A stretch of DNA of 64,000 nucleotides from Podarcis erhardii. Taxonomy: Eukaryota. The stretch is taken from NCBI GenBank assembly GCA_964252035.1, contig OZ176200.1; one strand, given 5' to 3'. The notes below the pieces were generated by a model. It did no database searches and was not told where the DNA came from. It saw nothing but the letters and a program-made list of their open reading frames with translations. The translations under genes were made by a program, and so were the position numbers. Position 1 is the first letter of the stretch; each line of letters opens with the position of its first letter. Shown in pieces: positions 12,316-24,800 of this stretch.

Positions 12316-15300
12316 GTGAGTGTCAGAAAGCGCGCGGTTTCTGTGAGGCGGGAGGTGTCGTCGTCGCCGTCAGTTCCTTTCAAACGGGTGGGTGCGGGAG
12401 GGGATTATTATCAGTATTATTATTACTACTGCTACCTAGGCGCCGTGTGGGTTTGTGGGCGCCAAGGGAACTCTGGGCAGCCTCGCGCCTTCCCAGCCTC
12501 CTCTCAGCTCGCCTCCTCTTTTGCAGCGCTGTTGGCGTGGAGCGTGGCTGCGCAGCTGTCTCCGAGGAGCGCGGCCCCCGGCCAGGCGAGGTAAGTAAGG
12601 GGCGTGAGGGGCGCGCGGGGTGGGCCACTTGCCCTTCTCCCTGCGCGTGGCCCGGAGCGAGCTTGGGAAAGCGGGTTCGCCATTCCGTACCTTCCCAGCT
12701 CCAAAGCAGGCAGAAAAGCGGGGCGCTCGTCAGGGAAGCTTACCTTAACTGGCATCTCAACTTAGACACAGGACGGTTCCTGTCTCTTTAATAGAACGAG
12801 AGGAAAATTCCACCAGTGCTTCGCTCACCTCAGTGTGGTGGGAAAAGCTGCACCTGGGGGGAATCTGCCCCTCCTGTGCTTTGATTTGACTCTTAAAGGG
12901 ACAGGGGCTCTTTCGGAGCTGACTGTGGGAGACCATTACCAAACCTAGAGGTGTTTGGGCTGAGAAAGGGATGGTGGCTTAAACTGGGAATGGAATCCAA
13001 AAGCTTTGCTGGAATGTGCTGTACGTTCTGACAAGGTGTGAGAGTGAGCTGTGGGAGAATCAAAATCTGCCTCCAGAGGCAGATCTTTGTTAGTTCCCTG
13101 CAGCAAAAGCAACAAAGAGTGATGTTGTTACCTTTAGAAACTAACAGATTTATTGCAGTCTAAGATTTCATGGGCTAAAGCTGAAGGCCTGAAGTGGTCC
13201 CTAGTTAACAGAATATGCTATGCTACCTAAAATAAAATAAACATGTCTTTAAGGTGACACAAGACTCATAATCAGAATCTGGTAATATATGAAATTTAAT
13301 TGTGCTTCTGGAACCAAGCTTGGTTTCCTCTTCAGTTAATCACCTGGGGAGCAGATTCTTATATTCCTGTGTCAAATATCTAAGGCAGGTTATGGAATTC
13401 TTTCCTCTATTTTCCCTTGCTTGCTGAAGAATTATGGAGATATAATTAAATGGGCATAAACATAAATATGGAAGCATTTCTGCATGAAAGGCTTCTGGAT
13501 CACACTATTTATTTACCTTATTTAGTAAGAAATGAGTTTAGTTGCTGGAAGTACATATGAGACCACAGAGAATGGGGAATAACTCTTCATGGCTATATTC
13601 ACACCAGCATCTTTATTGATACAATTTTAAATGCACTAAGTGCTCGCAATCTGCAGCCTGTTGATTCTTAATGTTTTACAGACTCATGAGGGATGGATTA
13701 ATTTATCTGAGGAGAAATTAAGGATTTGCAGCTTTCATTTTAAGGTGGAGGGGAATAATTAGGGAAAGGAGACTCACACATAAGAGAGGAGCTGGTGTGT
13801 TTTTGTTGTCCAGGAGCTAATCAAAGCAACCAGAGACAGAGTAGAAACACACCCTTTCGGAAAAACCAAGAGTCAAACCCCTTAAGCCCACTTTGCCTGA
13901 TATTCGCTCCAAAGGAAACTCGCAGTTCAACCTGGGGCCCTCAGTCTGAGAAGAGGTGCAGCTTCCCTGAGTTCTGCATGAGTAAGAAAGGTGCAGATTA
14001 CCTCTGCTAAACAAACCCAGCCTTGTTCTTTTTCCGCCTAGGAACGGCAGCAGTGCAGTCCTTCGGAAAGGAGATCCTAGTGCCCTGGAAGAGCTGGTAA
14101 GGCAAGGGCACCCACTCACCTGATGGGAGCTGTTTTTTTCTGTGCTCGAAAGGTTGGAGTGCTGGGAGGAGAAGTTCACAGGATGGCTCAACCATGCATC
14201 CAAGAAATTATAGTGTGTGCGGTAGGGGATGGGGATGGGTGTTCCAGTTACTGTGAATGTTTTCTTTCAGCCATTTGGCACTGTGTTGTCCAGCTGCTGA
14301 ACGGAATACATTTCCTTATGTCCTTCCATTTTCTACTAGTATTGAGAAAATGACTTGGTTTGCAAACAGCTTTAATGAAAGGGTTTGCTTTCAGCAATAG
14401 CCATCTTTGCTCGGAGAATGTTTTGCCTTGGTTCTTTTACTGAAATAACATGCAAGAATAGTTAGACGGTTATACTCTTGGCTTTAAGTAGAATGTTCCC
14501 TCGCTATACATATTATAATTGAAGAAGGGTATTGAAACGGTTTGATGAGCTTCTGATATTAATGACTCAGGCTGATGGATTCTTGACTATGGTTGTAATA
14601 TGAGTCAGTAAAGCTGAGATTTTCTACTTTGGTCACTGAAAGCGACCTGTTAGTACGTAAAAATTTATTTAGTAGAGGAACTTCAGCTATCTAATGCTAG
14701 AAGTAGAGGGGAAACCCCACTCAAATTTCCAAATGCATTCAAATAGTTGTTTTTATTTGAATTCTATCTGGGCAGAAATCCATGAAAACATTGAAATGAA
14801 TAAATGATATGCTTGGATTTGTAAAGAAAAATGCTTATTTTATAACATGACCTTTATAACATCAATTTTGCCAGGCTTTTTATGATTGTTTTATAATACT
14901 GGTAACAATGAATCAAAATAGGTATATAATTCTGTTTATAAGCATTTTGCTCTGGATACCTTTCAATAAGTTTTAAGTAATTCTAACTGTTGTACCTGGA
15001 TTATGAAAGTATTATAATAGACAGGGATAATATCACTTTATTTCTGTAGGTGAAATAAGCTGAAACAAACCCAAAATAAATTACAAGGCTAAATTAGAAA
15101 CAATTATTACATTAACATATTATGTTGCTGATAAGATCTATTGTAATTTAAATTAAATACTTTCATTTAAATTAATGTTTATTTTTGTTGACAAAAACTA
15201 GCTTATTCAACATTTAAGCCTGATTCCTATTAATAATTCTTAAGGATCTGATACTGTTAAATGCAAGTTGTTCTTAGTTCTGTCAAAGTCAAGTGCTTAT

Positions 15301-18300
15301 GAACTGCTTACATTTTGTAATGTTCAGTCTTGTGTTTGAGTGCTATAAAATCAATACTTTTGTTTTTATTTTTTCAAAAAAGATTTTGAATTTTATTAAC
15401 GACAAATGTTATAGAAAAAATAAATGAAAGAAAAAATATTTTTAAAAGTAATAAAGTTGTTACAATTGCTAATGCATAGGTTGCAGTTCTACGATTTATA
15501 GAATCAATAATAAAACACACCTAGTGGAAAAGGATGCATATCTATAATTAGGTTTTATTTTGCACAGTATTTTATCTTCTTTTTTTAAGTAAAATTTTGT
15601 AATGATTTTGCTTTGGGCTGTCAAACCATTTGTAATTATTTAATTTGTAATTTATTTTATAATTAAATTATACACCAGAACTATATCAACTGCCATGGCT
15701 TTTAAAGTATATTTCCCCTTCATTCTTTTTTGTGGTTCTTATTTTCTGAATGGGGAAAGAAGTTCGTCACTTCAGATTTTCACTTTGTACAGCTTAATTA
15801 GGCTCCTCAAAATGAGTCCGTTTCTTGATCTTGTTTTTCTCCACTTGTTGTTTCTGGAGAAGTTTTGCAGAGAGAAAAATATTCTGCACAATCACAATCA
15901 CAATAATTAAATCAACTGCTGATAAGGCCAAAGTTTTGCTTTTATGAAAAGCATCCAGGGAATGATAACAACCATTCAGTTGCTGCTTTTCAAGCTGTTG
16001 ATCCTTAATCCCTCACTCCAAACAATTCTAACTTGAAAATAAATATTTGGCAGATGTAACTGAAATGGGAACATCATCAGTTTGGGTAATTTAAGACCAT
16101 ATTAATGGAACTGAAGTAGTTAAACTCAGGAGAGGAGGGTAGCCCAAGAGTGGATAATCTCAAAACTATGGGGAAATGGCAGACATTTCATCAGCACCCA
16201 TTGGAACACTGCTGATGCTCACCAGTTGAGTTGAGCCAGTGACAACACCCACATGTAACTCAGACATGGAATGCATCAGTGAACTCAGGTCATTGGGGAC
16301 ACACCCCAGTCTACTTCTCTGCATCAAACACACTCCGCAGTGCTAAAGTGCCCTCACTCCACCAGCTCTAGTGCCTCAGCCAGCAATGATCCTCCATTGC
16401 ATGTCTCCAGATATCCCTTCAGGCAGGTGCTATTGTTTTGGAGTACAACACACAAAACTGAAAAAGGAAGGGCACAAAACATAGTACCCACAGAAAACAC
16501 ATGCAGCCTTTTTGGGACAAGAATTCAAGACATATCCCAGGACAGAAAGATTCTTGCCAAGCAGCCAAGGGGAAAGGCCAGGACACACAAGACATAGAGC
16601 AGGCATCCCCAACCTTCAGCCCTCCAGATGTTTCGAACTACAATTCCCACCACCCCTGACCACTGGTCCTGTTAGCTGGGGATCATGGGAGTTGTAGACC
16701 AAAACATCTGGAGGGCTGCAGGTTGGGGGTGCCTGCCGTAGAGGCACACCGACAGCAGCAACCTCCAGTGATTCACGGCATAGAGCATGGCAATGGAAAG
16801 CAAGAAACAGGAGTTCAAGACTCATCAGGGAAAAGTGATGATGAATGACCCCATTCAGCTTTTGTTTATGAGCACATATACAATCAAGGAAGGGGGAAAA
16901 TAAAGGGAATTTATTGCATTCAACCCATAGTACAAACATCATTGAGCAGTTCTTAACCAATTTGACCAAAGCAACGGATAGGAATTGGACACAACACGGG
17001 GCATTGGGTCTTTCCCCATTCCCATGTGGTTAAGTTACATTGATGGTTGTTACTTTGTCCCCCCACTGCTGTTTTAATGTTTTATGACTGGTTTATTGCA
17101 TTTATTTTTGCTTTTGGTTAAATTGTTATGTTGATGTTTTGGCTTAGTTTATTGGGATTCACTGAGGAGAGATGGATATAAATATTTTAAATAAACAAGT
17201 AATATTCATAGCACTTGTTGCAATACCATTTGCTCCCTTCCCCTGGTGGCTCCAGCATTTTAAGTCGGGTTTTGCCAACTGGGTCCTAGATTGCAGTTCA
17301 TTTGCTTTGTGTCAGATCCATCTCCTTGGAAGTAGGGAGAGGGGATTGAAGGTAAAGTTGAGGCAAGGCATTTGGTTATTAGTCTTTGTGCAAACAACTG
17401 CATGGAATATTTATTTATACATTTATTTGTAAAACTTATACCCTGGTCTTCCAATGCATTTACTACTTGTCTTGTGCAGTTTAGTTTAAAACCATTGCAA
17501 AATAAACATTTACATAAAACAAATAGCAGCATAAAATCAGAATGGGTTTAGTTGATAAAAACGTTCTAAGAGGGTGTAGATGGGTTAATATGTTAAAAGT
17601 CCATGTTATTTGAGGCTGTTAGCCTCATCACTTGAAGGTTGTGAGCTGATGATACTGAAAAAGTGTGTACTGTTGAATATTGCTGGTGTCATTAGAGCCA
17701 CATTATGGACCCCAAGTCTAGTGCCCTGTGCAGTCTGAGCCCTAACAGCAACATGTAGTGGTGTGCTAGGAAGCAGAACAACGTGGTGTCTGGCTTAATC
17801 TCCGAAATTTCCACCCTAGGTAAAGAGTGAGTTCAAGCTCACCCTATCAGCCACCACTCGGGGGTGGTGAGGGCACTACAGCAGTGAGAAGGTGGGCCGG
17901 AGGACTTGGTCCAACCTCTTGTTGCTTCAGGGCCTTATCCCAAAGCTAGAACTAATTGGCTGAGCTTGCTGCTGCTCTTCTCCTGTTGTGGAAATGATTT
18001 AAACCAAAATGGGGGCAGCCATCTGGGGAAGAAGGAAGAAGAGTACTGTTGCTGCTGCTGCCCAGCTGGGCTGATGGTAGGGTTGCCATATTGCCCAGTT
18101 GGCTGGGTTTTAACCAGATGGCTTTGCACCCAATGGCTATTTGCATGATTAGTTCCTACTCCAGAAAGTTATTTAGCATAGACCTTACAGATGCCATCAT
18201 TTGAGAGAAAATGTACAGGCACGATTTTATCCAAACATTTTGTGAGAAACGCATCTCGTTTCTCTTTCGATGCTCTTAGCTGATGAGTGAAGTTACAGCT

Positions 18301-18786
18301 ATGATTGACACTTGGGAGATAACTGCAAACCATAGAGATAACAGACTATAGAGTCACAGCCTTGTGTCTGCAAATGGAATATCCACATGATAAAAAGATT
18401 CATTTTGGTAACTACATGGCCTTAGCCTCAAATGCATTATGGGTTATCTTATGCTTTAAACTTGAATCCTTTTTTGAAATTTGATTTAAGCTTGATGGCA
18501 AACATGAGCATGTGCTAGAACAAACACCTTTTAAAACTATGTTTCTAAAGAGTTATAAGCCCTTCACAATGCTATGCTTTTTTAGATTAATTTTTTTTAT
18601 CCTTTCTGTACAGGGATTTGGAACATCAGTTTATAACTCTTCATCTACTACAGTATCTTCCAGGCAAAGAAAATTTCACAACACAATTTGTGAATCATCC
18701 AGTAAGCTCCCTCTTTGTTCTGTTTTTAATCTGTTGGGAGCCGTCCAGAGTGGCTGGGCAAACCCAGATGGATGGGCGGGGTATAA

Positions 18787-18825
<39 letters not shown>

Positions 18826-21800
18826 GTGATTATGGGTATTTTAAAAAATCACTGACCACAGTAACATGTGTCCCCACTTCACACTTCTCAGAATTGACTA
18901 TGTACATGCAAACAAGATGCCTGCTTGTTAAGTTTTAAAATGTTTGCAGTTTTAGAGTGTATATAGTCTGGATGAAGTATCTAAACAAAGTTTGATAAAG
19001 TAGCATGAAATGGAAAGTAAGGGAGAGGTGATAGCTGTGTCTAGAATACATTAGGAAATATGACAAAATCTGTGAGTGCTATTCAAACCTGCTTCACTCA
19101 AAGTTGACCCATTGAAAGCAATAGATCTCACATAGTCACGTTCATTAATTTCATTGGCTTTACTCTGAGTAATTCCTAGTTGAATACCACCCCATATGTT
19201 GTAAAAGAAGAATTTATGGCAAACTTCCCTTAGACATGAAATTGACTAGGTTGGAATTTTTCACTATGCCAAGTGATTTGTATGGGACATGGGGAAGCTC
19301 CCCCAAGGAGGAAAAGGAAAATACATTTGCTTTATGGGGAGGCTCACCTTCATTTATATTCACACACTTAATAACCTACTGATGTAGGATAATGGTTAGT
19401 TCTAAAATAGTGGAAGGGAAGAATTTAGTTCTTCTGTTCCATAGAAATAATAAACTTTGTATAGCCAGAGGCAAAGGGCAAGACAAAGTAAAAGACAAGA
19501 ATCCTGAAGAGTAAATGGAGCCAGAAAGTGGAACATGTCATGTGTGGAAGCCCCAGATATAAGAGGGAAACTTATAAGGTCTTCTAGCAGGAGGAATTCT
19601 ATGGTTGACTAGCTCCATTAATAACATTTCTATTAAAATTCTCCAGTGCTGGCATCACAAACTGGGCAAATGTACAAACAGGCACCGGGGCAAAATTGGT
19701 AATGAAAATATTAAAAAAATGAACCTAGAACAGGACATCAGATGGAAAATTGCCTTTGAAATTTAATTGGCTTTTGAATTGCCATTTTCAAAGTCTGTCT
19801 GCAGCTCTCTTGCCAGCTGGTTAATGATGGATTACAGGATGAATATAATGAATATTATTATTTCTGGCTTATCTGACAATGTCAAAAGCTATTTACCTGG
19901 TATTTAAGCATTGGCTTACAGTATTTTTCAGGATCCTAAATTAATGGGAGCTGATCCTTCTCAACAACACAGAATATGAGCCTAGAGCTTATTAAATTTA
20001 ACTCTTGTTACACTGAGTCTACATCTTCATATTCCTTATGAAACTGGGTCACTTGAAAGTATTACTGGTGATTTTGGGGATATGGTTTGTTACAAAATAG
20101 TTTGTAATTGATTGTTATTATTATACACATTATTTATGTGGTATGTAGAAATATGATTCAGAAGTTTTCCAATGATACTAGATCACTTGTAAATGTCAAT
20201 GTGTATGCTTAAATAGTTAATTTATTTTATAAACTAAATATTGGGAGGGGGAAAAGATGATTTGTGCAAACTATTACAGATACTGGGCTGGATCAACAGG
20301 TTCCTTCTGTGAATGATAGGGGTGCTTCTGTGAACATTAGACTCTTTCCACGAGTGGAACCTTTGGATCCTGTTACTTCTGCCATTTAATACTGTGCTGT
20401 GTATTTTATAGAATTAGAATGTTTCCTTGCCTAGAGGATGAGAGCCATTACATGTTGCAGAAGTAGCAGGTATATGTATCTATGGTGTTCCTTTAACCCT
20501 TGAGAATGGTACCCATCTATTTTGGAGGTGTCATTCCCCTTGAATTAGGAGCCTTTTCTCTGGAAGGGAAACTTTGGATGCAGCCCATCCCATGCAAAAA
20601 ACTGCAACAAGTAGTAATAGCTATGAGTCCAAACAAAGTCTATGGTTTGGCTCAATATGTTAGGGGAAATTGCAGGTCTACATGGTACCCACTAATTGCA
20701 GGATGGTACCCACTAACATCTGTAATGTACGATGTACCTATAAGTACATTCTCAGTTAAGAGATGTGTGATTTTCAGTCCACAAATGAGAGGCAAGCAAT
20801 CGTTTTTTGAGAAAGCCCTTGCAGTTCATTATCTGAAACATGTGTTGCTATTATCTACTTTCACATGTCCATCTAATTACCCTTTAACATGTATATGACT
20901 TGCAAATAAAGGATTATGTATTCTGTCTTAATTAGATTCATTCACATGCTTTAATGGAGGTGAGTGCGTGCATTGGCAACTGTGTGACTGTAGTCGATAT
21001 AATGCAACTGGATCAAGATGTCAGAAAAGTGAGTAGAAAGTAGTTTGCATGTTACATATTGTGTCTAGCATGACGTAAGACTCACACTTACAGCTTTATT
21101 GGCAAACTTATTTTCAGAACAAGGCTCAGTTGACTTGTATTCTTGGTGATGGCTACAGTAACTAAGCTACAACATTTGTTGTTTATTGATTTTAATTGTT
21201 AAATTTGTGTCCTATCTTTCCTCCAAATGATGCTCAAGGCAGTTAATCACAATGATACAAATGCAATAAGATATTATAAAATAACACTGTTTATGTATAT
21301 AATTATGTGTATTAACACACCTGAGTATTATCAATAATTGTTTTATGTACACTGCTTAGAGGGTTTTTAAAATTAAGAATCTATATGTTTTGCTAAATAA
21401 ATAAATATTTAAACATTCCTCCTTTTGCGGGGCTCACCCCCAGAAGAGGTGTAGGCATCAGTGAGAGATCCTGTTTCTAAAGTTGCTCCCCCTCCCCTTT
21501 TCATCTTCTGCCATAGTATACAACACAGGTGCAGAACGAGACCACATTTGCCGAACGTGGGGACAATACCATTATGAAACCTTTGATGGGCTCTACTACT
21601 TTTTCTCTGGGAAATCTACATACACTCTCTTAAGGCAGAATGAATTGGATGAACAGAGCTTCTCAATACAAGTGAGAAATGATAGTGTAAAGTTCATTCC
21701 AAATCTTTTAAAATAAGTCTGATTTGCAATAAATACGAGCATTTCATGCATTATTATCATTATTAGTAGTAGTATTAAAAAACCCCACTGTGAGAATTGT

Positions 21801-24800
21801 TTGACTCTGTTGCTTCCTGCTAGTTCTTGAACTGATAGTTCCAGTGGGTTGGGCTGCTTGTACGGTTCGACTTGCAAGCAATCCTTCAGCATGCATGGTG
21901 CTATGGAGCATATGGGTATCATTTCCCAGAGCTGATCAAGATTGTGAGTGACAACTATACCTACTGCTGCCAAGCCAAGCTCATTGGAAACTGAAAGGAG
22001 TTGAGTGAGGAGAGCCTGGGTTGCTTGGAAGAAGTTGTCATGGACAGTGCCAAGGCTTAGGCTATACTGGAGGCCTTCCTCCAATGGAGAGCCAGTATGG
22101 TGTAGTGGTCAAAGTATCAGGCTAGGATCTTGGAGGCCAGTGTTCAAATCTCCACTCGGCCATGAAATTGAATGGGTGATCTTGGGCCAGTCACTGCCTC
22201 TCAACCTAAGCCACCTCATAGGGTTGTTGAGGGGATTAAATGAGGAGGGGGAAAGCCATGTACGCCACCTTGTGCCCCTTGAAGAAAAAGGTGGATATAA
22301 ATGCAATAAAAATGAATGAATGTGGCTCAAGTAATATAGGAAGGAGGGAGGGAGGGAACTACAACTTACCATGGCTGTAATCATATACACAAATGGGAGC
22401 AAGGCCCATTGAATTCAACAGGACTTGCTGCTGAGTAGACATGCATAGTGTATGCTGCTTTCCCCTAAGATCACAAGTAAAGTGCTTCTGTGTACATGAG
22501 GGTTGAAGTATGCTGATCTTTCTTATCGGTAGCAGTCCATAATGTCTCATGAAATGTCATGGTGGGTTTCCTAAAGCTATTGGAGTGGTTTGGGAGGGCC
22601 TGCAGTAGGGGAATAACTAAAAAGCACATGTGCACTCTTTGGTTGTTGTAAGATCCATGTGTTATCCCTAGTCTGAGGCTGTAAAGAATGTGGATGAATA
22701 ATCTCACTATGCCAAAATATTCTAAATTTCCAGTTTTCCAAATGCTTTCTGCTTTTGTTTGTGCCATCAAATTATACTGTTTGATGATGCACAAGAATCT
22801 GGGTCAGTTTCTGTTTTATTTGATTGAGAGGAGCTCTGTTGGATGAGACCACAGTCATTTCTAGATAAGCATTTTGTTTTGGCAGTGGCCAAGCCGATGC
22901 CTTTAGGATGCTGACTGCCAGGATATGAGCACAATAGCACTATCCTGCTTGTGTTCCCCAGTAATTGGTATTCAGAGGCATGAAAATACTGTTATTCAAA
23001 AGGAGTACTCCTTCACACATGCAGTCAAGTCCCACAAGATCTAGTGATGGTCACCAACTAGGATAGCTTTAAAAGGGAGTTGATTAGCCAAATGTAAATG
23101 GGATAAAACTGTCAATGGCTACTAGGCATGATGGCTATGTACTACTTCCAGTGTCAGAGGCAGTATCTGAGAACCTGATGCTGGGGAGCACAAGTGAGAA
23201 GAGGATTGTTGCACTCCTATTCTGGTTGCTGGCTTCCCATCGGCATCTGGTTGTCCACTGTGAGAAAAGGATACTGGACTGGAGCCTTTTATTTGATGCA
23301 ACATGGCTCCTCTTGTACTGACTCTGACACTGGAGGTAATATAGCCTCTGACTGAATGGATTTATATTCTACCTTTCCTCCAGTGGTGACCAGGAGGCTG
23401 AATATGGTTCTCCAGTTTGTCTTGAAGTGAGTAAATATGAGATATGGAATGCTACTGTATTTAAAGGAATATATAAGAGATGCTCACAGAGGCTGCAATT
23501 TCAAAGTCATTTTGGGGCCACATTCCTAAAGCAGTATGTGAAATGCCAACAATATAGTTGTTCCTAAAATACTTATTTCTCCCATTTCTGGCAGGTCCAT
23601 AATGATCCAGATTGCAAGTCTTCTCCATATTCTTGTAAACGATCAATTAGCCTATACTTTTCTGGAGACGGGGAAATCAGATTAAGTAACGAGGTCACCT
23701 ACAAAGGGATTGGGTAAATTCAATGTATACTCTCATGATCTGTGGTGTTTTTATTTGCCATGTTATTTTGATATGCAGAGATGTAGGCCCCTTAATTGAT
23801 TCATAACTATATGCTATCTTCATTCCTACAAATTAGTCATGTTTGTGGGTGAAATGAACTCAGTAATGTTCATATTAATAATACAGCAATTCAACTGGCA
23901 AGTCATTTTAAGTTTATTATTTGTAACCCTAAGTCATAAAAAATAGTGTTTGTACATTTCTTCAGAAATGGGGGCACAATCTAAGAGTGATATAAGTGAT
24001 TGGAAACAAAAATAGCATCATTGCTTGATAGCGGAATGCAGTAATTACTATAATTGGAAAGAGATTATTTATTTATTTCCCCATGAGGCATCCTAAAACA
24101 ATTTGCATTATTAAAATATTAAACAGTTAAAAAAAACTGCATATATGCAAACAATTACGCACACACACACACAACAAACAAGCACACAAACATTTTGAAA
24201 CAGCATATGCATAAAATCACTTCTGACCCAATATTGATGCCAACTGGGTATTCAAGAGGTCTGTTGAAAGAGGAACATCTTTAGTAGGCACTGAAAAGAC
24301 CATAGATAAGGTGCCTGTTTGATAGGAAAGGTAAAGGTGAAGGTAAAGGTAAAAGACCCTGGACGGATAAGCCCAGTCAAATGGGGTGCGGCGCTCATCT
24401 TACTTCATGTGGTCAGCGTGACTAAACCGCTTGCAGTGCTACTGAACACCCTGACAGAAGCCAGAGTGCATGGAAATGCTGTTTACCTTCCTGCCACAAC
24501 AGTACCTATTTATCTACTTGCACTGGTGTGCTTTTGAACTGCTAGGTTGGCAGAAGCTGGGACAGAGCAACTGGAACTCATCCCATTGTGGGGATTTGAA
24601 CCACCGACCTTCTAGTAGGCAAGCCCAAGAGGCTCAGTGGTTTAGACCACAGTGCCACCCTGCCTGTTTGATATATAATGCGTATAAAGGATGACAATGA
24701 ATTTGTTTCCTTATCATGGTATTTGTTTGGCTTCCCAGGATACAATTACCATATACCATAGGGAACTTGTACATCCAAGCATTAGCTGGATATGTCATTG

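Larger units (their letters stand above)
11790..12770. promoter_or_regulatory. CpG island over the OTOG promoter and exons 1-2
   Basis: GC/CpG-rich block with GC-box-like motifs around the predicted OTOG start codon. Boundaries approximate. Confidence 0.8.

Noticed and set aside
11798-12791. Long overlapping ORFs (177-192 aa) in the GC-rich island
   Set aside because: Stop codons are rare in GC-rich DNA; no recognisable protein; only the spliced exon 1-2 segments are supported.
20500-20898. 132-aa plus-strand ORF just before exon 5
   Set aside because: Non-ATG start, no homology recognised, and exons 4 and 5 join in phase without it.
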